A stretch of 36,585 bases of DNA from Thermoleophilia bacterium. Lineage in GTDB: Bacteria > Actinomycetota > Thermoleophilia > Gaiellales > Gaiellaceae. Under the pieces are notes generated by a model. That model did no database searches and was not told the origin of the DNA. It was given only the letters and a program-made list of their open reading frames with translations. Of the stretch, positions 28,610 through 36,585 are shown in pieces; position 1 is the first letter of the stretch; every line of letters begins with the position of its first letter. Position numbers and translations under genes: made by a program. The stretch is taken from the NCBI GenBank assembly GCA_025927435.1, contig JAICLM010000001.1:1-36585 (forward strand), written 5' to 3'.

Positions 28610-29312
28610 GCGCGACCGCCTCTGCCTGCAGCGTCGCGATCTCGCCGATCCCGGCCGCCGCGAGCGCGAGCAGCTCGTCGAGTGTCTCGCGCGCGAACGG
28701 GTCGCGCTCGGCCGTCGCCTGCACCTCGACGAGGCGCCCGTCGCCGGTCATCACGACATTCATGTCCGTGTCCGCGCCCGAATCCTCGGAGTAGTCGAGG
28801 TCGAGCAGCGGTGTGCCCTCGACGACGCCGACCGAGACGGCCGCGACGGAGTCGCGGAACGTGCGCGAGAGGCCGAAGCGATCGAGTGCTCGCATCGCGG
28901 CGACGTAGGCGCCGCAGATCGCCGCGCAGCGGGTGCCGCCGTCGGCCTGCAGGACGTCGCAGTCGAGCCACAGCGTTCGCTCGCCGAGCGCGTCGAACTC
29001 GGCGACCGCGCGGATCGCCCGGCCGATCAGCCGCTGGATCTCGACGGTCCGCCCTTGCTGCTTGCCGCGCGCGGCCTCCCGCTGCACACGCTCGCCGGTG
29101 GACGCCGGCAGGAGCGAGTACTCCGCCGTGATCCAACCGCGTCCCTGGCCGCGGAGCCAGCGCGGAATGTCCTCCTCGACCATGGCCGTGCACAGCACCT
29201 TCGTCCGGCCCTGCGTGATCACGACCGAGCCGTGCGGGTTCTCGAGGTAGTCGGGCTCGAAGGAGATCGCGCGGAGCTGGTCGGGCTTGCGGCCGCCCTG
29301 GCGCGCGCTCAC
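28596..29312 (-). CDS. rph: ribonuclease PH
   Basis: GRKPDQLRAISFEPDYLENPHGSVVITQGRTKVLCTA..., GRTVEIQRLIGR, CDVLQADGGTR. These are the last 238 codons of the 1004-aa track ORF. GTG at 29312 forms a GTGA overlap with murI. Confidence 0.95.
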   Translation of the reverse strand: MSARQGGRKPDQLRAISFEPDYLENPHGSVVITQGRTKVLCTAMVEEDIPRWLRGQGRGWITAEYSLLPASTGERVQREAARGKQQGRTVEIQRLIGRAIRAVAEFDALGERTLWLDCDVLQADGGTRCAAICGAYVAAMRALDRFGLSRTFRDSVAAVSVGVVEGTPLLDLDYSEDSGADTDMNVVMTGDGRLVEVQATAERDPFARETLDELLALAAAGIGEIATLQAEAVARELP

Positions 29313-30139
29313 GCGGCAGCCCCTTCCAGCGTCGCGACGGTGACGTGCTCGACCTCGCGGACCGGCAGCTGGAGGAAGCGGCGCCCGAGCTCGCGGAAGG
29401 CCTCGGGATCGCCCGTCGTGAGGAAGCGGTAGGCACCCACACGGTCGCGCGCGTTCTCGACGCCCTTGCGCGAGAGCGTCTCTGCCACCTCGCGGGCGGT
29501 TTCCTCCGCGGAGAAGACGAGGGTCACGTCGCGGCCGAAGACGCGCTCGAAGATCTTGCGGATCAGCGGGTAGTGCGTGCAGCCGAGAATCACGGTGTCG
29601 ACCCGCTCCGCCTGCAGCCGCGCCGCGTACTCGCGCACCGCGCGCTCCGTCTCCTCGCCGTACGGTTCGTCGCCTTCGATCAGCGGCACGAGCGCCGGGC
29701 ACGCGACCTGATGGAACGAGATGCCGGCGTCGAGCGCGTGGACGAGTTCGCCGTAGCGGCCCGCCTCCACGGTCGCCGCAGTCGCGAGCAGCCCGACGCG
29801 CCGGTTCCGCGTGGCCTGGACGGCGGCGTGCGCCTCCGGCGTCAGGACGCCGACGACCGGCACGGCCAGCTCTTCCTGCAGCCGCGGCAGCGCCGCCGAG
29901 GTCGCCGCGTTGCAGGCGACGAGGATGAGCTTCACGTCCTGCTGCTCGAGATAGGCGCCGATCTCGCGCGCGAAGCGGCGGATCTCCTCGAGCGGCCGCG
30001 GCCCGTACGGGAGTCGCGCGTGGTCGCCGAGATACACGAAGTCCTCGTGCGGCATCGTCACCAGGCACTCGTGGAGGACGGTCAGCCCTCCCACGCCGGA
30101 GTCGAAGACGCCTACGGGCCGCGAATCCATTGCGGGCAT
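29309..30139 (-). CDS. murI: glutamate racemase
   Basis: VGVFDSGVGGLTV..., VACNAATS, LGCTHYPL. Alternative start ATG 30130 (MDSRP...). Confidence 0.95.
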   Translation of the reverse strand: MPAMDSRPVGVFDSGVGGLTVLHECLVTMPHEDFVYLGDHARLPYGPRPLEEIRRFAREIGAYLEQQDVKLILVACNAATSAALPRLQEELAVPVVGVLTPEAHAAVQATRNRRVGLLATAATVEAGRYGELVHALDAGISFHQVACPALVPLIEGDEPYGEETERAVREYAARLQAERVDTVILGCTHYPLIRKIFERVFGRDVTLVFSAEETAREVAETLSRKGVENARDRVGAYRFLTTGDPEAFRELGRRFLQLPVREVEHVTVATLEGAAA

Positions 30140-30143
30140 CGTA
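30138..30143 (-). promoter_or_regulatory. -10-like hexamer TACGAT, 7 nt upstream of the second murI ATG (30130)
   Basis: Read directly (plus strand atcgta). It overlaps the first ATG. Confidence 0.25.
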
Positions 30144-30151
30144 AGGGGCGA

Positions 30152-30157
30152 TAGCGT
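30152..30157 (+). promoter_or_regulatory. -10-like hexamer TAGCGT, 7 nt upstream of GTG 30165
   Basis: Read directly in the 25-nt divergent gap. No SD is present. Confidence 0.3.
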
Positions 30158-30164
30158 TCGGCCC

Positions 30165-31580
30165 GTGAGTCGGGTCCGGGTCGCACTCGCCTTGGTCGTC
30201 GCAGCAGCAGCGTGTACCGCAGCGGCGGCCCACTCTCGTCCGGCCGCAGCCGCCGGCGGCTGGACCGACGTCTCGATCCCTGCGTCCGACGCGACGCCGC
30301 TTGCGTGCGCCTACCTCATCCCGAGCGGCAGCGCCCCGGCCGGCGGCTGGCCCGGCGTCATCCTCTTCCACGGGCTCGGCGACTCGCATACGGACATGGA
30401 GCCGATCGGCGCGGCCCTCGCCCAGTTCGGGTTCGCCGCTCTCGCGTGCGACGCCCGCGGCACCGGCGCCTCCGGAGGCAAGTGGGGGCTCGACGGTCCG
30501 CGCGAGGTGCAAGACGCGCAGGACCTCTTCACCTGGCTCGCCGGGCGCAGCGACGTGTCGGACACGCAGATCGGCGCGTTCGGCCTCTCGCTCGGCGGCG
30601 GAGCGGTCTGGAACGCGGCAGTCGCCGGCGTCCCGTTCAAGGCGATCGTGCCCGCCATCACGTGGACCGACCTGGGCACTGCGCTCTATCCGGCGGGCGT
30701 CCCGAAGACCGGCCTGGTCGGGATCCTCTCCCGGGCCGTGCCGATCGCGAACTGGGATCCGGCCCTCATCCAGACGGCACAGGACCTCGTGCAGGGTGAC
30801 GTGACGCCCGCAGTCACGAGCATCGACGCGGCCCGCTCCCCGCGCTCGCACCTGGACGCGCTCACGGTGCCGACGCTGCTGCTGCAGGGGCGGCACGACT
30901 TCCTCTTCGATATGGACCAGGCGATCGCGGCCTGGAAGCTCCTTGCCGGGCCGAAGCGGCTCTACCTCGGCGACCTCGGCCATCCGCCGGCCACGAATCC
31001 GGGACCCGAGCAGGCCGGCTACATCGCCGAGGCCATCGGATGGTTCGCGCACTACCTCGCCACCGGGCCCGCGCTCGGCGGCGGCATCGAGCTGGCCCAC
31101 GATCCGTGGAACGGCACGACCACGTCGTACAAGAAGCTGCCGAAGACGCACACGGCGAGCGTCAACCTCCCCGGCAAGAGGAAGGTCACCGGCTCCGCCT
31201 TCGTGACCCGCTCTGCACGCCTGACCGGCGGGCCGCACGAGACGTTCGGGGACGGTTTCGTCACCGTCCACTACTCGGCCGCGACGAGCTGGACGCATCT
31301 CGTCGCCACAGTCTCGGTCAAGGGGAGCAAGACGCCGGTGACGGAGGGAGCAGCAGCGGTCAAGTCTTCCTCCGGCGTCGTCAAGATCCCGCTCATGGAC
31401 GAGGCCGCCCGCGTGCCGCGCGGCAAGAAGATCGTCGTCAAGCTCGGCGCGACCTCCGCGGACAACGTGTACGGCAACGGCGTCCCGGTCTACGCGAGGG
31501 CCGCCCCGCAGGGCGCCTCGATCAAGCTGGGCAAGGCGACCCTCAGGCTCTCCTTCCTGAAGCACGCGGTCTCCAAGTAG
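30165..31580 (+). CDS. secreted alpha/beta hydrolase, CocE/NonD (peptidase S15)-like
   Basis: Signal-like N-terminus (VALALVVAAAACTAAAA), VILFHGLGDSH, nucleophile elbow GLSLGG, and a C-terminal beta-rich domain. Confidence 0.75.
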   Translation: MSRVRVALALVVAAAACTAAAAHSRPAAAAGGWTDVSIPASDATPLACAYLIPSGSAPAGGWPGVILFHGLGDSHTDMEPIGAALAQFGFAALACDARGTGASGGKWGLDGPREVQDAQDLFTWLAGRSDVSDTQIGAFGLSLGGGAVWNAAVAGVPFKAIVPAITWTDLGTALYPAGVPKTGLVGILSRAVPIANWDPALIQTAQDLVQGDVTPAVTSIDAARSPRSHLDALTVPTLLLQGRHDFLFDMDQAIAAWKLLAGPKRLYLGDLGHPPATNPGPEQAGYIAEAIGWFAHYLATGPALGGGIELAHDPWNGTTTSYKKLPKTHTASVNLPGKRKVTGSAFVTRSARLTGGPHETFGDGFVTVHYSAATSWTHLVATVSVKGSKTPVTEGAAAVKSSSGVVKIPLMDEAARVPRGKKIVVKLGATSADNVYGNGVPVYARAAPQGASIKLGKATLRLSFLKHAVSK

Positions 31581-31583
31581 CGT
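31578..31583 (+). promoter_or_regulatory. -10-like hexamer TAGCGT, 7 nt upstream of ATG 31591
   Basis: Read directly. It overlaps the stop codon of the hydrolase gene. Confidence 0.25.
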
Positions 31584-31590
31584 CCGCGGC

Positions 31591-32535
31591 ATGGCCGCGA
31601 CCGTCCGCATCGGTACTTGCTCGTGGGCCGACGAGGCACTCTCGAAGTACTTCTATCCGCCGAAGCTGCCGCCGAAGGAGCGGCTCGCCTGGTACGCGGA
31701 GCACTTCGACACGGTCGAGGTCGACTCGACCTTCTACCGGCTGCCGGGCGAGTCGATGGTGCAGGGCTGGGCCGAGCGGACGCCGGACGGCTTCGCGATG
31801 CACGTCAAGGTGTTCGGCCTCATGACCCGGCACCCGGTCAAGGCCGAGGTGATCCCGGAGGACCTGCGCGCCGAGATGCCCGTGGACGAGCGCGGGCGCG
31901 TCGACCGGCCGCCGCGCGAGCTCCGCGGCGAGATCTTCCGCCGCTTCCTCGAGGCGCTCGAACCGCTGCGGGCGGCCGGCAAGCTCGGAGGGCTTCTCTT
32001 CCAGTTGCCGCCCTACGTCGTCTACAAGGACGCCTCGCTCGACTACCTCGAGTGGGCGCGCGAACAGCTGGGGGAGGACGAGATGCTCGTCGAGTTCCGC
32101 CATCGCTCGTGGCTGGACGACGAGAACCGCGCGGCCAGCCTCGCCTTCCTCGAGCGGATCGGCGCCGGCTACGTCGTCGTCGACGCCCCGCGCTCCGACA
32201 CGGCGAAGAACCTCGTCCCGACCGTGGTCGCCACGACCTCGCCCACCGCCTACGTACGCTTCCACGGGCGCAACCTCGGAACCTGGAACAAGCGCGGCGG
32301 GTCGGCGGCGGAGCGCTTCGACTACCTCTACTCCGACGACGAGCTCGCGGAGTGGGTCGGGCCACTGCGGGAGCTCGCCGGCCAGTCGGAGCAGGCTTAC
32401 GCCTTCTTCAACAACAACGCCTCGTCGGAGGATCCCGAGAACCCGCTCGGCCGCGTTTCGCAGGCGGCGACGAACGCGCAGCAGCTGCGCCGGCTCCTCG
32501 ACGTGAACCGGATCGCGGCCAGCGGCGGAACGTAG
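31591..32535 (+). CDS. DUF72 (YecE/UPF0759) family protein
   Basis: VRIGTCSWADE...YFYP...ERLAWYAEHFDTVEVDSTFYRLP is a typical DUF72 N-terminus. Confidence 0.85.
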   Translation: MAATVRIGTCSWADEALSKYFYPPKLPPKERLAWYAEHFDTVEVDSTFYRLPGESMVQGWAERTPDGFAMHVKVFGLMTRHPVKAEVIPEDLRAEMPVDERGRVDRPPRELRGEIFRRFLEALEPLRAAGKLGGLLFQLPPYVVYKDASLDYLEWAREQLGEDEMLVEFRHRSWLDDENRAASLAFLERIGAGYVVVDAPRSDTAKNLVPTVVATTSPTAYVRFHGRNLGTWNKRGGSAAERFDYLYSDDELAEWVGPLRELAGQSEQAYAFFNNNASSEDPENPLGRVSQAATNAQQLRRLLDVNRIAASGGT

Positions 32536-32544
32536 GGCGCCGCC

Positions 32545-33237
32545 GTGAACGTGCTCTCGATCACGCACGGCGGCGACGCGGGGATGGAGCTGTTCGGCCC
32601 GCTCGTCGCCGAGGTGGGTCACCGGCTCGACGAGTGGAGCTTCGAGCAGGGTGCTCCGCCCCTGCTCGACGCCTACGACGCGGTACTCGTCTTCGGCGGC
32701 TTTCAGCATCCCGACCAGGACGACCTCTACTCGTGGCTCAGCGAAGAGCGGGACTGGCTGCGGGGGCTCATCGAGAAGCCGCAGCCCCTGCTCGGCATTT
32801 GTCTCGGCGCGGAGCTCCTCGCGCAGGCGGCCGGCGCCTGGGTCGGGCGGCTGCCGGTCCCCGAGATCGGCTGGGGCGAGGTCGAGCTGACCGACGCGGG
32901 CGCGGCGGACCCCGTCTTCTCGCCCCTGCCCTCGCGGTTCGAGGGACTGCTCTGGCACCACTACGCGCACGACCTGCCCGAGGGAGCGGTCGCGCTTGCG
33001 CACAGTGCCGCGTCGCTGCAGGCGTTCCGGCTCGGCGAGCGGTGCTGGGGCGTTCAGTTCCACCCCGAGGTGACCGAGCCGCAGCTCGCCCGCTGGATCG
33101 GCGACGCGAGCGACCCGCCGCCCCATCCCGGGCGGATGCTGGCCGAGACGCGCGAGCGGATCGGCGACTGGAACGAGCTCGGCCGCCGCCTGTGCCGGTC
33201 GTTCCTCGCCGCGGCCGAGCGAATGCGTGCCGGCTGA
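32545..33237 (+). CDS. class I (type 1) glutamine amidotransferase-like protein
   Basis: LLGICLGAELL (nucleophile Cys) and WGVQFHPEV (His/Glu). Confidence 0.85.
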   Translation: MNVLSITHGGDAGMELFGPLVAEVGHRLDEWSFEQGAPPLLDAYDAVLVFGGFQHPDQDDLYSWLSEERDWLRGLIEKPQPLLGICLGAELLAQAAGAWVGRLPVPEIGWGEVELTDAGAADPVFSPLPSRFEGLLWHHYAHDLPEGAVALAHSAASLQAFRLGERCWGVQFHPEVTEPQLARWIGDASDPPPHPGRMLAETRERIGDWNELGRRLCRSFLAAAERMRAG

Positions 33238-34045
33238 CGCGCTGGCGCTCGTCCTCGCGGCGGCCGTCCTCCACGCAGGCTGGAACGTCCTTTTGCGCGG
33301 GTCGGAGGATGTCGAAGCCCGCTTCGCCGCCGTCCTCGCACTGTCGATCCTGATCTTCGCGCCGGTTGCGGCCGCGACGTGGTCGGTCTCGTGGGCGGTC
33401 GCGCCGTACGTCGCCGCTTCGGCCGCGCTCGAGGGCGTGTACTTCGCACTGCTCATCGCCGCCTACCGCCGGCGCGAGCTCTCGGTCGTCTACCCGGTCT
33501 CGAGAGGCTCCGCTCCCGTGCTGGTGCTGCTGGGGACAGTCGTCGTCCTGGACCGCGACGTGTCGGCGGGCGCCGCGGCCGGCGTCTGCCTCGTCGCCGT
33601 CGGAGTCGTGCTCGTGCGCGGCGTCCGGAGCGGAGCCGAGGGCGTGCTCGTCGCGCTCGTGATCGGGTGCGCGATCGCGGGCTACACGCTGGTGGACAAG
33701 GAAGGGCTGAGGCACGCCGGTTCGCTGCCGTACCTCGAGCTCGTCCTGATCCCGGTCGGCCTCGTCGCGCTGCCCGTCGTCGCCGTGCGGCGCGGCACAC
33801 GAGCGCTGCGAGCGCAGCTGACGCCGTCGACAGCGGTGACAGCCGTCGCGTCCTTCGGGGCGTACGCGCTCGTGCTCGCCGCGCTCCGCCTCGCGCCGGC
33901 GCCGCAGGTAGCCGCGGTGCGCGAGACGAGTGTCGTGCTCGCAGCACTCCTCGCGGGCACCTTCCTCCACGAGCGGGTGGGAATCGAGCGCGTCGCGGGA
34001 GCCGCAGCCGTCGCCGGCGGGGTCGCGCTGATCGCACTCTCCTGA
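33227..34045 (+). CDS. EamA/DMT-superfamily transporter
   Basis: About ten TM helices, LHAGWNVLLR near the N-terminus, and a duplicated EamA-like architecture. GTG start overlaps the previous gene by 11 nt. Confidence 0.8.
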   Translation: MPADALALVLAAAVLHAGWNVLLRGSEDVEARFAAVLALSILIFAPVAAATWSVSWAVAPYVAASAALEGVYFALLIAAYRRRELSVVYPVSRGSAPVLVLLGTVVVLDRDVSAGAAAGVCLVAVGVVLVRGVRSGAEGVLVALVIGCAIAGYTLVDKEGLRHAGSLPYLELVLIPVGLVALPVVAVRRGTRALRAQLTPSTAVTAVASFGAYALVLAALRLAPAPQVAAVRETSVVLAALLAGTFLHERVGIERVAGAAAVAGGVALIALS

Positions 34046-34060
34046 GAAGATGGCGCGCGG

Positions 34061-34540
34061 ATGAAGCAGCTCAACACGCTGGATCGCGTGATCGTGGCAG
34101 CCGCCGCGATTGCCTTCATCACGCTCTTCCTGCCCTGGTACGGCGTCACGATCGGAGAGACAAGCGTCTCGGGGAGCGGCGGCGTCGCCGGCTCTGCGGG
34201 AGCGTTGCTCCTCGCCGCGGCCGGTGTCGTCGTGCTGTTTCGCCGGACCGGGGGCTCCCTGCTCTCGGGAGCCAACGCCGGTCCGTCCGCAGTCGTCGCC
34301 GGCCTCGCTGCACTCGGCCTGGTGCTCGTGATCATTCGCTGGGCGACCTTGCCCAGGTACCACGCCGGCGGCCTGGGCTTCAGCTACAGCGTCGGCCCGA
34401 GCTACGGCCTCTACCTGGCGCTGATCTCCGGCAGCGTCGAGACCGCCGCCGCCCTCCTGGCGCTGCGCACGCCGGGCGAGCAGCGTCCGTGGGACGAGCC
34501 CGCGCCGGAGCCCGAGGAAGAGGGACGCCCCGAGACTTGA
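34061..34540 (+). CDS. small four-helix membrane protein, paralogue 1 (single 'LPW...YG-Y' module with a Pro/Glu-rich tail)
   Basis: MKQLNTLDRVIVAAAAIAFITLFLPWYGV...YGLYLALISG. It is a clear paralogue of the next gene. Confidence 0.75.
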   Translation: MKQLNTLDRVIVAAAAIAFITLFLPWYGVTIGETSVSGSGGVAGSAGALLLAAAGVVVLFRRTGGSLLSGANAGPSAVVAGLAALGLVLVIIRWATLPRYHAGGLGFSYSVGPSYGLYLALISGSVETAAALLALRTPGEQRPWDEPAPEPEEEGRPET

Positions 34541-34610
34541 CTCCGTCCTGCGGACGGATCACGATAGCCCGCGTGCGGGGGGACTAGACGGAGTCCCGGA
34601 GGTGGACACC

Positions 34611-35123
34611 ATGGAGTTCGACTGGAAGCGCCTCAGCACGCTGGATCGTGTGATCGCCGGAGCCGCGGCGATCGCATTCGTCTCACTCTTCTTGCCCTGG
34701 TACGGCGTCACGGTCGGACCGTTCGGCGCGTCCGTGAGCGGCTGGTCGGCCGGCTTCTCGGCGTGGGCGGGCGGGTTACTCCTCACCGCCGCAGGAGTGC
34801 TCCTGGTTCTCCGCCGGTCGGGCGCCTCCCTGCAGGCGACCCGGGTCGGCCCGTCGCTGCTGGTCGGAGGCATCGCCGCGCTCGGGCTGCTGCTCGTGAT
34901 CATTCGCTGGCTGACCTTCCCCAGCTTCCACGTGTCGGGCGTCAACTACGACGTCGGCGCGCGATACGGCATCTATCTGGCCCTGATCGTCGGCATCGCC
35001 GAGGTCTCGGCCGCGGTCATGGAGCTGCGCGCGTCAGGGGAGCAGATGCCGTGGAGTCAGGCCGAGCACCGGCCGGCACACGCCGAGCCGGCTCCGGAGG
35101 CGCCCGCGGCGACGGACGAATAG
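34611..35123 (+). CDS. small four-helix membrane protein, paralogue 2
   Basis: MEFDWKRLSTLDRVIAGAAAIAFVSLFLPWYGV...YGIYLALIVG. The start is set at ATG 34611 (GGAGG 8 nt upstream) rather than the track GTG 34602. Confidence 0.75.
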   Translation: MEFDWKRLSTLDRVIAGAAAIAFVSLFLPWYGVTVGPFGASVSGWSAGFSAWAGGLLLTAAGVLLVLRRSGASLQATRVGPSLLVGGIAALGLLLVIIRWLTFPSFHVSGVNYDVGARYGIYLALIVGIAEVSAAVMELRASGEQMPWSQAEHRPAHAEPAPEAPAATDE

Positions 35124-35124
35124 G

Positions 35125-35913
35125 TCAGCGCTCGAGCGGGAGCTCGTCGTGGCGGCTCCACTCGTGCCAGGAGCCGGCGTAGTTACGCGCGTCGTAACCC
35201 GCGGCGCGTAGCGCGAGCGTCGCCAGGGCCGACCGCGAGCCGGAGTGACAGTACGCCACGATCTCCGCCCCCTCGGGCAGGCCGACGAGCTCGTGGATTC
35301 GCTCGGCGGCCGCCGGCCTGCCCGGCGCCTCGAAGAGGTGGCCGACGTCGAGATTGCGCGCTCCCGGGATGTGGCCCTGGCGCGGGTCGCACTCCTTGCC
35401 GCGGCGCCCGGTGTACTCGTCCGGCGTGCGCACGTCGAGAATCGTCAACGTCACATCGGCGAGCCGGCTCGCAAGCTCTTGCCGCGTCGGGAGTGCCTGC
35501 GGATTCGGCTCGAGCTCGGCCGCCACCTCCCGGACGTGGTCGAGCTCGACCGCACCCTCCCCGAGCTCGCCCTCCCAGCCCGCCATGCCACCGAGGAGGA
35601 TCGCCACCTGCGGATGTCCCGCGAGCTCGGCCATCTGCGCCGCCGGCATCGCACCGACACCGTCACCGCGGTCGACGAGCACGAGCCGCTCGCGGCCCGT
35701 GATCCCGTGGCGCCGGAGCCGCAGCGCGATCTCCTGCGCGAGCGCACGTGCCGACTCCTCGTTTGCCGCCGGCGGCGGCGAGCCGAGGACGAGCGGCCGC
35801 GAGCCCGGGATGTGCCCGCGCATGTGCGCGTTCGGGCCGCGGACGTCGCCCACGACGAGATCGTCGTCGCCGAGATGCTCGGCGAGCCACGCAGAGTCGA
35901 CGACCGCCTTCAC
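35125..35913 (-). CDS. thiosulfate/3-mercaptopyruvate sulfurtransferase (tandem rhodanese domains)
   Basis: GHIPGS in both halves and the active-site loop CHSGSRS. GTG start forms a GTGA overlap with the upstream gene. Confidence 0.88.
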   Translation of the reverse strand: MKAVVDSAWLAEHLGDDDLVVGDVRGPNAHMRGHIPGSRPLVLGSPPPAANEESARALAQEIALRLRRHGITGRERLVLVDRGDGVGAMPAAQMAELAGHPQVAILLGGMAGWEGELGEGAVELDHVREVAAELEPNPQALPTRQELASRLADVTLTILDVRTPDEYTGRRGKECDPRQGHIPGARNLDVGHLFEAPGRPAAAERIHELVGLPEGAEIVAYCHSGSRSALATLALRAAGYDARNYAGSWHEWSRHDELPLER

Positions 35914-36488
35914 AACGCGGCCACGACACCGGCTTCGGCTGCGATCGCGGGCCGCGCCTCGAGCCGCGCGAGCCAGGCGCCGAGGGACGGGTAGCCACTC
36001 AGCTCCACACCGAGCATGTCCCGCGCGCGGAGGACCCAGGGTACGAGAGCGATGTCGGCGAGGCTGTACTCCGCTCCACCGAGGTAGTCTCGGTCATAGA
36101 GCCGCACGTCGAGCTTCGCGAGCGCGGCGTCGAGCTGCTCCGCGGCGCCGTTCTCCCCCCGCCGCAGTGCGTAGTACGGATCGGTGAGGTCCTTGTCGCG
36201 GAAGATCAGGAGCCGGACCGCGGCGCGGTCGGCCGGATCGGCCGGCATCAGCGCCGGCTCGGGATAGCGCTCCTCGAGGAACTCCATGATCACGGTCGAC
36301 TCGGACAGCGGATCGCCGCCGTCCTCCTCGATCACGGGCACCCGGCCGGCCGGGTTCTTCTCGTATAGCCAGGCAGGCCGGTCGGAGAGGTCGATCTCGA
36401 CGGTCTCGACTTCAAGGCCCTTCTCGGCGAGAACGATCCGGGCTCGCGCGGCGTAGGGACAGCGCGCGGCGTTGTAGAGCGTGATCAC
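35910..36488 (-). CDS. glutathione S-transferase-family protein (thioredoxin-like N-domain with a CPY motif)
   Basis: MITLYNAARCPYAARARIVLAEKGLEVETVEIDL...NPAGRVPV...ESTVIMEFLEE, followed by a helical C-domain. Confidence 0.82.
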   Translation of the reverse strand: MITLYNAARCPYAARARIVLAEKGLEVETVEIDLSDRPAWLYEKNPAGRVPVIEEDGGDPLSESTVIMEFLEERYPEPALMPADPADRAAVRLLIFRDKDLTDPYYALRRGENGAAEQLDAALAKLDVRLYDRDYLGGAEYSLADIALVPWVLRARDMLGVELSGYPSLGAWLARLEARPAIAAEAGVVAAL

Positions 36489-36585
36489 GGTTGCACCCCC
36501 ATCACGATTGCGATCTGTTCGTACAGCTCCTGGGCGGGCGGCAGCTCGCCGGGCGAGGCCGCGGTGCGCACCACCTCGCGCACCC
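36485..36585 (-). CDS. 3' end of an unidentified gene (runs off the right edge)
   Basis: The minus-strand frame ends ...ELYEQIAIVMGVQP-stop, with the TGA overlapping the GST GTG (GTGA). Third-position G+C is high. Too little sequence is visible to name it. Confidence 0.3.
   Translation of the reverse strand, partial: VREVVRTAASPGELPPAQELYEQIAIVMGVQP

Noticed and set aside
28596-31610. A 1004-aa minus-strand ORF. Similar cases are 31543..33456 (637 aa), 24778..26376 (532 aa), 18600..20564 (654 aa) and 27572..29131 (519 aa).
   Set aside because: Only the last 238 codons of the first ORF (RNase PH) look like protein. The remainder, and the other long ORFs, are Arg/Gly/Pro/Asp-rich frames overlapping well-supported genes on the same or the opposite strand.

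Overview
The window is a very gene-dense, visibly high-G+C (about 70% by eye, not computed) chromosomal core segment of actinobacterial type. Short HU, many GTG starts and 4-nt start/stop overlaps fit this. A Thermoleophilia/Rubrobacteria-like origin is only a guess.

I call about 40 CDS, mostly on the minus strand, and nearly all are housekeeping genes:
- alr (fragment), nnr, acpS, a HAD hydrolase, arfB, an MMPL transporter, glmS, glmM
- a divergent TetR / quinone-oxidoreductase pair
- rpsI, rplM, a UDG-superfamily gene, a 1177-aa zinc-ribbon/cyclase/STAND-NTPase/TPR protein, a nitroreductase
- guaA, guaB, a secreted beta-rich protein, a PfkB kinase, a LysM protein, pyrF, hup, pyrE, two small unknowns
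- a YihY/BrkB protein, an acyltransferase-3, rdgB, mgtC, rph, murI
- a secreted alpha/beta hydrolase, DUF72, a class-I glutamine amidotransferase, an EamA transporter, two tandem paralogous small membrane proteins, a rhodanese, a GST-like protein

I saw no rRNA, tRNA, CRISPR array, transposase, integrase or phage gene. I do not see a self-contained novel defence or mobile system.

The items most worth a second look are:
1. An unrecognised four-helix 'LPW...YG-Y' membrane module, present four times in one ORF at the left edge and as two tandem single-module genes at 34.0-35.1 kb.
2. A recurrent TANNNT hexamer 6-8 nt upstream of the start codon at about 14 operon-leading genes, implying leaderless mRNAs. 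This includes a HAD/arfB pair whose start codons overlap head-to-head.
3. The giant cyclase-STAND gene and a UDG-like gene packed directly upstream of rplM-rpsI.
4. Insertions of mgtC into murI-rph-rdgB, and of tetR/oxidoreductase into rplM-rpsI-glmM.
5. A 12-15 bp inverted repeat in the guaB divergent region.

The many long Arg/Asp-rich ORFs in the track are shadow frames of real genes.
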